DNA of 64,000 nucleotides from a virus (Duplodnaviria; Caudoviricetes): IMG/VR virus record IMGVR_UViG_2923249236_000002, positions 7,991 to 71,990 of that record; one strand, 5' to 3'. Shown piece by piece: positions 56,661 to 64,000 of this stretch (position 1 is its first letter; each line of letters starts with the position of its first letter). The notes under the pieces were generated by a model. It saw only the letters and a program-made list of their open reading frames with translations, ran no database searches and was not told where the DNA came from. The position numbers and the translations under genes were made by a program.

Positions 56661-59150
56661 TCACCGGCAGGGCAGGAGTAGCGCGCCCCGGCTGAGATTC
56701 GCGTTTTCCGGCAGAGACAGTCGGCACTGCGGCCTGCCGCCCCACGTCACGACCAGATTATTCCGGTCTGAATCATCTATGCCCGTCAGGTAGACCAGAC
56801 CGTTATCACCCGCCATCCCCGCCGTTTTCCCACTTTTCTCCGATACGACCTGCGCGCCAAATGGCGGGGTTGTGCCATCAGCCAGTCGGATATGCCCGAA
56901 AATCTGCTTCCCCTGGCTGGTCCGGATATGCCGGTAACCGACGGCCCCTTCTGTCAGTACCAGGCTAATGACCGGGTCAGATACATCCACGCCCTGCGGC
57001 AGCCTGGACACATCCACGGAGATGTCGCCCGGGCGGTAACTGCTTCCTGCGCTGACTACCGCGACCCCGAAGTGGTTGGTCACGCCACTATTGCCGTTAA
57101 CTGGCACCCCGGACACACTTCCGGTATCAATCATCATCCGTGGCTCATCTCCGGCCATCGACTGGCTGAACGCGGCGCCATGTGCCGTGGCGGTCAGTGA
57201 GCCATACCAGTTCAGCCCCAGACTGCGATACTGGTCGGGCTGCAGGCTGGCATCCGCGCTGGCCTGGCCCCACGGTAGACGGCTCTGGATACTCCCGCTG
57301 AAGCTGTTACTGCTGTCTCTGTCATATCGGTTGTAGCCAGCGCTGATGTTCCATGAGGTGTCCGGACTATGGAAATCGCTGTAGTTCACGGTCTGCTGCA
57401 TACTGCCCTGATTATCCTTTTGCAGGCTATAACTCACCTGGCGACTCTCCCCCCAGGGGAGGCTGACTGAGAAGTAAACCTGGTTTTGTGTCAGGTTGTA
57501 CGCCGTCTGGTTACGGGACAGCGAGAGCGACAGATTAACGCTACGTATGGACCCAATATCCATTGACTTACTGAGCGACAACGTCCAGTTATTGTTTGAA
57601 TCAGCATTCCAGTAGCTGAGACGGCTCATGGAAAGCGAGGCATTCATGTTCAGGGCTGACAGATACTGGTTCCAGCTTACGGAGTAGCTCTGCTTTTCAT
57701 CCTCCAGGTACTCCCCGTCATACACGGAGCGCGCCAGATACTCTTGCAGGGACATAAAGTGTCGATCAGAGAAACGGTAACCGACGAATGCCAGGGTGCT
57801 GCCAGTGCTGTCAAACGTTTTGGTATAGTTAACGCGGTAGCTGTAACCGGTTTGGTGCGGCGTGGATACTGAAGATAGCCGCGCATCTGAGCGGGTGACA
57901 TCCACCGATATCGCGCCGAGGAGCCCCATGTTCTGCGCCGCGCCCAGCGCAACGGACTGGTAATCGCCGATAGAGGCAATGACGCCGCCGTACAGCGATG
58001 TGTTATTAAATGCTCCCCATGTGGCCTCACCGAGCAGAAAGTCGGGACTGGCCGTACTGTTGTTATGCGTTCCGCCATACAGCGGACGTCCAGCGGCCAT
58101 CTTATAGCGCACCTGTCCCTGACGGGCCATAAAGGGCACACTGGCCGTGTTAACTTGCCAGGTCCGGACGTTGCCGTCGCTTTCGCGCACCGTTACGTCA
58201 AGATTGCCGCTGATGTTCTGACTCAAGTCCGGCAGCACGAACGGTCCTGGCGACACCCGGGTTTGGTACAGAATGCGACCATTCTGGCTGACGGTCACCT
58301 GCGCATTACTGTTGGCAATGCCGCTGATTTGCGGGGCGTATCCCTGCAGGGAAGGCGGAAGCATTCGCTCATCGCTGGCCAGGGTGATGCCGGCAAAACG
58401 GAAAGAGTCGAAAATGGCGGAGCTGAGATAGGTCTGGCCAAGCGTCAGTTTGGAACGCAGCGACGGTAGCGGGCGGAACAGATATGTTTGCGGCAGATAA
58501 AAATCAGACTGCACGCTGCCGTCTCCGCTGTCATAACGGTTGTACTGGTAATCGCTGCGTAGACGCCAGGCGCCGAGGTTAAATCCGGCAGTACCGTACA
58601 GGCTGTAACTGGTAGAGGTGTCTCCCTGATGCGGCATATACCGGTTCGCCATCAGGTTATAGTCCAGCAGAACTGCCGTGACGCCATCACTCCAGCGGGG
58701 TGGGGGCACCCAGTCCGGGTTCTGATATTCCATCCATGCCTGGGGCAGGGTAACGGACAAGGACTGATTATCCGGGCTGTATATTATTTTACTGTCCGCA
58801 GTATTCAGGTTCAGACACTGCCCGCCGGTTCCCCTGACGGGTGCGAGCAGTTGGCGGTTCTCCTCTTTCAACCCGAGCATGGCTACCAGCGCAGGGGAGA
58901 TACAGAACCGTGATCGCCTGTCGTCGGTCTCCACCACACTGACTTTATACTGATTGCGAATGAGTCTGTCGTTCAGGTAAATATCAAGCAGGTAATCCCC
59001 CGGCGCGACGTAGCCATCCCGGCTGAAGGCGGATAGATCCACGCTGCTGTGGTCACTGTTTTTAAGAAAACCGGCGCTAAATTCCGTCGCCCCTATTGGC
59101 AACGTCAGTATATTCAGAGTAATTAGCAGTGCCAGCCGGGTCAGTTTCAT
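56661..59150 (-). CDS. Fimbrial usher (StdB/PapC-like)
   Basis: PGDYLLDIYLN, NLGAWRLR, SDERMLPP motifs. Confidence 0.95.
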   Translation of the reverse strand: MKLTRLALLITLNILTLPIGATEFSAGFLKNSDHSSVDLSAFSRDGYVAPGDYLLDIYLNDRLIRNQYKVSVVETDDRRSRFCISPALVAMLGLKEENRQLLAPVRGTGGQCLNLNTADSKIIYSPDNQSLSVTLPQAWMEYQNPDWVPPPRWSDGVTAVLLDYNLMANRYMPHQGDTSTSYSLYGTAGFNLGAWRLRSDYQYNRYDSGDGSVQSDFYLPQTYLFRPLPSLRSKLTLGQTYLSSAIFDSFRFAGITLASDERMLPPSLQGYAPQISGIANSNAQVTVSQNGRILYQTRVSPGPFVLPDLSQNISGNLDVTVRESDGNVRTWQVNTASVPFMARQGQVRYKMAAGRPLYGGTHNNSTASPDFLLGEATWGAFNNTSLYGGVIASIGDYQSVALGAAQNMGLLGAISVDVTRSDARLSSVSTPHQTGYSYRVNYTKTFDSTGSTLAFVGYRFSDRHFMSLQEYLARSVYDGEYLEDEKQSYSVSWNQYLSALNMNASLSMSRLSYWNADSNNNWTLSLSKSMDIGSIRSVNLSLSLSRNQTAYNLTQNQVYFSVSLPWGESRQVSYSLQKDNQGSMQQTVNYSDFHSPDTSWNISAGYNRYDRDSSNSFSGSIQSRLPWGQASADASLQPDQYRSLGLNWYGSLTATAHGAAFSQSMAGDEPRMMIDTGSVSGVPVNGNSGVTNHFGVAVVSAGSSYRPGDISVDVSRLPQGVDVSDPVISLVLTEGAVGYRHIRTSQGKQIFGHIRLADGTTPPFGAQVVSEKSGKTAGMAGDNGLVYLTGIDDSDRNNLVVTWGGRPQCRLSLPENANLSRGALLLPCR

Positions 59151-59334
59151 GGTATGAGTCGCTGTCCGTGTTACCTGAACAAATTAAAATCCGCCGCTGC
59201 TGATATAAACCGCTCCGTGAAATATCAGCTCATCACTGAAAAAATAAACAGCTCCGGCGTCCGGGTATACCCGATAAATGAGCAGCGAAACTGTTTATTA
59301 ATATCTGAAAATAAATATCGGGCTGCAGGCCGTA

Positions 59335-59940
59335 TCAGAAATATTTCAACTTATAGGTGACGGTGGCACCGACAGATCCCTGAGAGGCTGCTCCGTCAAC
59401 GGTTATCATACGTGCGAAGAAATTCAGCTTATTGGTTGCCGAAGAGGTATCCAGCGTAATATCACCTGCTATAGGTGCCTTGCTCAGGTCCACAGGAGTA
59501 ACGCCATCACTTTTCAGAAGCTGAATAGCCACATTAGTAGCAGGATTGCTTGCAGTATTTGCTATTTCTCCTTTAGTTAAATCACCTCCCTGCGGGGGCA
59601 GAACACCCGGGAATGTGATGGCCACTTTTGAATAGTTGGTGGCACCCGTGTCTGGAGTATTTCCGAGGTCCTCAAATGAACATCCGGTCAGATTGATGGT
59701 AACTGGAACCGGACTGGAGTACTTGTTTGCTGCTGATAGTGATTTCATACTGACCTGACCCAGGTCTACTTTGATGTTCTGGCTGTCCGGCACAATGCTG
59801 CACGGCGCATCAATGACTGAGCCACTGAAGGTCATCGTCCCCCCGCCAGCGTCAGTGGTGGCAATAGTGTTGGCAGCAAAAGCCGAAGTGCCGCCCATCA
59901 TGCCTACAGCCGCCATGGCAAGTATTATTTTATTACGCAT
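59335..59940 (-). CDS. Major fimbrial subunit (StdA-like signal peptide)
   Basis: MRNKIILA signal, FSGSVIDAPCSI, penultimate Tyr. Confidence 0.9.
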   Translation of the reverse strand: MRNKIILAMAAVGMMGGTSAFAANTIATTDAGGGTMTFSGSVIDAPCSIVPDSQNIKVDLGQVSMKSLSAANKYSSPVPVTINLTGCSFEDLGNTPDTGATNYSKVAITFPGVLPPQGGDLTKGEIANTASNPATNVAIQLLKSDGVTPVDLSKAPIAGDITLDTSSATNKLNFFARMITVDGAASQGSVGATVTYKLKYF

Positions 59941-60153
59941 AGATAATATGTCCTTTAAGAGAATGAGAATTATTGAGCACAGGCTGAAAAAAGAACTGAA
60001 GATATTAATGAGAAGCGTTCAGATAAAACTGACATTCACAATTAATGCCTGAAGGCAACAAACGTGTCTGAACCGATCTCTGGGGGCTGCTATTTCAGCT
60101 AATGCCTGGATAGTTATAAGAAAAGTCTCATTTAACTTAAAATAATAAAAATA

Positions 60154-60179
60154 GATCGTTACGATCGATGTTTATGATC
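60154..60179 (-). promoter_or_regulatory. Three clustered GATC (Dam) sites upstream of the fimbrial operon
   Basis: GATC at 60154, 60163 and 60176, about 215-240 bp upstream of the ATG. Confidence 0.75.
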
Positions 60180-60910
60180 GTAATTTAAGAATAATCATCA
60201 AAGAAACACTTTTTAAAAGAATTATTAGTATGGGGAATGCCTTGATTGTAGATATTCACTGCGGTTATGAAATATTTTGTAATATTACAGATGAAATATA
60301 TCTTTTATTTTTTTGAAGCGGCTAAATATTATGAATGATAGTTTTGAACAGACATTAAAACAGCAACGATAACAGTATTAAATCTTGTAATGGAGGCGGT
60401 GTCAGGCTATTAACTCTAACGTATTAATATTTATAAACTATGCTGGTAGAAATGTGATAAAGGTTAATCACGAAAACGACATATTTCTTTAATTGTGATA
60501 ACCATCACGATATGCCGTCATTTTCCTCGCGGTACTGAACACAGTATGAAACTACAACACTAAACGTTATGTACTTGTCAGAAGGGCAAAAGATCAGAAC
60601 TGTATCTTTTGTTAACTTGTCCTCTTCTTACCCATATTGAATAATCGAATGCTTAAATGTTACAGCGTTGGCAACTATAAGGCCTGCCGCGATGCAATCT
60701 GGTGAGGTCAGGACTCGTGGTAAGCGAATTTATTGATCGTTTTACTCGATGAATTTGTTTTAAAGACAGGAAGTGGACTGGTTATCAGACGTACTGAATG
60801 CTGGAATACTCAAAGAAAGAAAAGATGCCGACTCTGGAAGAGTTCTTCTGTTTTCGGTGAGAAGAAAAGCCTTATTGCAGCAGATGAGAGAATTTCATAC
60901 AACAATCTCT

Positions 60911-61387
60911 TTAGTTGTGAGTAGAGGGCCGCGGCTTCGTAGCGCCACTCAAAAATGCGCATAGTTTTTCACCAGTCGTCAGTTTCTCACTGGGCGTTTT
61001 CCCGAGTGAGGTCTTAGTCATGACGATGGCAGGCCCAATAAGCATAGACCATACATTGCTCTTGTCTTGCTCAAGAGAGGTGATGGTAAGGAACAGCGAT
61101 TTATCTGAAGGAAAGTGGTGCCGGGTATTAAAAAGTCTCAACCAGGCGCGGGATTGCCTGTCTGCCTGTGCTGACCGTGTGTCGAAACGGCATAGTATTT
61201 TCAGTGCGGAGATACCTACAATGCATAACCCCAGGATAAGGTGATTCCCAACGTTTACGATGACGCCAACGCCGAAAAGCATGAGAGCAAATGACAGTAC
61301 GTTATCTACTCTCCGGGTAAGGGTACAGTGCAGTTTTTCCAGATAGTACCGGTAGAGAATTTGATAACTGATTTCATCCTTGCTCAT
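60911..61387 (-). CDS. Two-TM hypothetical protein (SLATT-like topology)
   Basis: GGAG RBS before ATG 61387; helix, two TM segments, helical C-terminus. Confidence 0.65.
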   Translation of the reverse strand: MSKDEISYQILYRYYLEKLHCTLTRRVDNVLSFALMLFGVGVIVNVGNHLILGLCIVGISALKILCRFDTRSAQADRQSRAWLRLFNTRHHFPSDKSLFLTITSLEQDKSNVWSMLIGPAIVMTKTSLGKTPSEKLTTGEKLCAFLSGATKPRPSTHN

Positions 61388-61756
61388 ACGTCTCCAGATG
61401 GTTTTTCGATTACGCGCCGGTACGTTTCCGGAGCCTGACAGATTTGGCAATTATGCCACACTTTCTGGAGGGTATTAATTAGACAGAATATAAATAGTAG
61501 ACAGATATGTTGATTTTTTACCCGAAATCACTTTGAACATTATTTTCCTGCTCCAGGAGATTCAGCTGTAGAGGGTGCGTATCAAAAGTTCTCGTGCCGA
61601 CAAGAGTGGGCAGGCAACCTCGCAGTCAGAATCTCGTTATCGGCTCTTATGAAAATCAATAAGTAAATAAATTTGCAACGGGGGTGGCTATTTTTTGAAA
61701 GCAAGGTGGCGTTAACAGGGTGTAACTATACATACATATCCAAAAGGAGAACTACC

Positions 61757-62479
61757 GTGACTAAAATAAGTCTGTCCTCACAATTTCATAGAATCCATAA
61801 AAGTAACGTCGAACCTGTAAACGAAAAAAAAACGGAGAAAAACATTTTTGCAAAAAGTATTACTGCCGTTAGAAATAGCGTTATCAGCCTGTCTACGAGT
61901 CTGTCAGATCGTTTTAGTCTGCACAAGCAAACAGAATCGTCGGCTACCCGTTTTCATCGTGGGAACGCTTCTGAGGGTAGGGCGGTATTAACCAATAAAA
62001 TTGTTAAAGATTTTATGCTACACAAGCTCAATAGCCTGGATATCCAGGGTAATGCGAGTAAAGATACAGCCTATGCTCGCCAGACATGCGAAGCCATGTT
62101 ATCCGGGGTGTACAGCAATAATAAAGATAAATATTGTAACTTACTCATCAGTAAAGGAGTCAGTATAACGCCTTTTCTGAAAGAGATTGGTGAGGCTGCG
62201 CAAAACGCGGGGCTACCAGGAGAAACAAAAAACGACATATTTACTCCAGGCGGGGCAGGGGCGAATCCTTTTGTCATTCCTCTTATCGCTTCAGCGAGTA
62301 TGACGTATCCGCATATGTTTATAAATCATAGTCAGCAGGTGTCTTTTAAGGCATATGCTGAGAAGATCATTATGAAAGAAGTTACGCCGTTGTTTAATGA
62401 GAGGTCGATGCCGACGCCACAAGAATTTCAGTTAACGGTGGAAAATATTGCAAGTAAATACCTTCAGGATGCCTCCTGA
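61757..62479 (+). CDS. sopE2: SopE2 guanine-nucleotide exchange factor effector
   Basis: 240 aa, GTG start, GAGA catalytic loop, syntenic with pphA. Confidence 0.93.
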   Translation: MTKISLSSQFHRIHKSNVEPVNEKKTEKNIFAKSITAVRNSVISLSTSLSDRFSLHKQTESSATRFHRGNASEGRAVLTNKIVKDFMLHKLNSLDIQGNASKDTAYARQTCEAMLSGVYSNNKDKYCNLLISKGVSITPFLKEIGEAAQNAGLPGETKNDIFTPGGAGANPFVIPLIASASMTYPHMFINHSQQVSFKAYAEKIIMKEVTPLFNERSMPTPQEFQLTVENIASKYLQDAS

Positions 62480-62754
62480 AGATAGCAAGCATAACACTGT
62501 TAATTTTTGTGATTGATAGTAGATTTGCTTACACAATTTATTTTGGGCGACGCGTTTAACTAAACCTCGTCCTCTTTATCTTGCTATAGCAATCAAAAAA
62601 TCATCTTCACAATTTAAAGTAATCGTTATTAATCTAAATACCTCCATAACCAGACTGTCTTTTTAATCACATTCCATACTGTAAGGTTTATGATATCTGT
62701 ACATGGATGATGTATCGGTAAGGATTAATGGTCTGTTAACTGTCAGGAGAGGTT

Positions 62755-62919
62755 ATGCCGCCTTTAAAAAAATTTATGCTGCCCCTGATTTTGGGGATGA
62801 TAGTAGCCACAGCGTCGACACCCGCAATGGCGCTGGTTTGTCTTGCAAGTCACTCAGCTAAAGAGTGCGCTGAAGCCTGTGGTGTCGATATGTTGTTTAT
62901 ATTCCCGTTATGTTTTTAA
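62755..62919 (+). CDS. 54-aa secreted Cys-rich peptide
   Basis: AGGAGAGG RBS; MPPLKKFMLPLILGMIVATASTPAMA-LVCLASHSAKECAEACGVDMLFIFPLCF. Confidence 0.75.
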   Translation: MPPLKKFMLPLILGMIVATASTPAMALVCLASHSAKECAEACGVDMLFIFPLCF

Positions 62920-62962
62920 GATGAAGGAATATTAAACATGAACAGGCGATATTGAATAACTG

Positions 62963-62994
62963 GCTGCGCCAGGGGATAACGCGCCCTGGCGCAG
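62963..62994. terminator. GC-rich hairpin
   Basis: CTGCGCCAGGG..CCCTGGCGCAG. Confidence 0.5.
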
Positions 62995-63139
62995 TCAGTT
63001 ATATTTTATTGCGATGATAATAAAATTTATTCTCTACTGTTGAAATACGCTAATTACAACAGAGTACGTTTACTAAGCAAAAAAATCTGCATACGCTATC
63101 CTTTTATATCTGTCCAGGATAATGAACGACAGGAAAAAC

Positions 63140-63790
63140 ATGGTACAACCTGAAGAGATTTATCAGCGAATAGAGGGAAAGAATTGGCGGCATGTCTGGG
63201 TGATCGGCGATATCCACGGCTGTTTTTCACTGTTAATGAAAAAGTTACGTGAGTGTCGATTTGATCCGCAACAAGACTTGCTAGTTTCTGTGGGCGATAT
63301 TATTGATAGAGGCCCGGACAGTCTACGCTGCCTGGCTTTACTGCGCGAGCCCTGGATGACGGCGGTTCGCGGCAATCATGAACAAATGGCGCTGGATGCG
63401 CGGGCCTCATCGCAGTCGACGCTGTGGTTGATGAATGGTGGCGACTGGTTTACCCGCCTGACGACTGAACAGGCTGCGCAAGCTGAAGTGCTTTTTATCC
63501 TTTGTCAGCGGCTGCCCTGGATACTGGAAGTTCGCTGCCGCCATAGCACGCATGTGATCGCTCATGCTGATTATCCAGCGTCAACCTACCAATGGCAAAA
63601 AAAGGTCGATCTACATCAGGTTCTCTGGAGCCGCGAACGGCTCATAAATAAGCGCGGCGGGATTAGCGGCGCCGATCATTTTTGGTTTGGCCATACGCCG
63701 TTACGTCGGCGCATGGATTTCGCCAACGTACACTATATCGATACGGGCGCGGTATTTGGCGGGCAATTGACGTTAGCGCGGATACAATAG
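63140..63790 (+). CDS. pphA: Ser/Thr protein phosphatase 1
   Basis: GDIHG, GDIIDRGP, RGNHE, GHTP, IDTGAV. Confidence 0.93.
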   Translation: MVQPEEIYQRIEGKNWRHVWVIGDIHGCFSLLMKKLRECRFDPQQDLLVSVGDIIDRGPDSLRCLALLREPWMTAVRGNHEQMALDARASSQSTLWLMNGGDWFTRLTTEQAAQAEVLFILCQRLPWILEVRCRHSTHVIAHADYPASTYQWQKKVDLHQVLWSRERLINKRGGISGADHFWFGHTPLRRRMDFANVHYIDTGAVFGGQLTLARIQ

Positions 63791-63808
63791 CGGCATCAGC
63801 GAGCAGGA

Positions 63809-64000
63809 TTAAAAGTCGCTATATTGCTGCGCAGGTCGCCAGAAGCCGTCGATAAAATCCTCCACCGGAAAACAGCCGCCGTGGCGAATACGTTGATCGT
63901 CCATCGAATAAAGACAGCGCTGCTCGGTATCGTAGATGTCCACAACGATATCCTCGCATCCTCCCTCCAGGTAACACACAAAAAGTACCAGCGCGAACAT
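63809..64000 (-). CDS. yebW: YebW (DUF1482) protein
   Basis: MFALVLFVCYLEGGCEDIVVD; adjacent to pphA. Confidence 0.88.
   Translation of the reverse strand: MFALVLFVCYLEGGCEDIVVDIYDTEQRCLYSMDDQRIRHGGCFPVEDFIDGFWRPAQQYSDF

Overview
Salmonella chromosomal window, probably a non-Typhimurium lineage given the divergent sopE2 and std-like fimbriae. It runs from inside a prophage to the core genes pphA and yebW. 1-35780 is a near-complete temperate myovirus-type prophage whose integrase lies outside the window: immunity, O/DnaC-like replication, hok/mok, Q, lysis, head, contractile tail, fibre, then an att core matching the 3' end of the SdsR/RyeB sRNA. Between Q and the late promoter it carries an 811-aa antisense moron with an effector-like N-terminus, six 63-aa HTH-like repeats, an NLS-like segment and a SET methyltransferase domain. 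This is the best candidate for an undescribed system (a nucleus-targeted, repeat-guided chromatin modifier). 35781-52300 is a stack of collapsed prophage remnants at the same att hotspot that kept mostly cargo: a StoD/NleG-like ligase whose apparent start codon is ATT, HigBA inserted in a hok terminator, a PipA-like protease, an in-frame holin::tail-fibre fusion, three mosaic SspH-type LRR-NEL ligases, SteE/SarA and PagK-like peptides. After that come IS481, a std-like fimbrial operon with StdE/StdF-like regulators and a three-GATC switch, a 2-TM gene, sopE2, a small Cys-rich secreted peptide, pphA and yebW. Family names are from recalled sequences and motifs; no database search was run.
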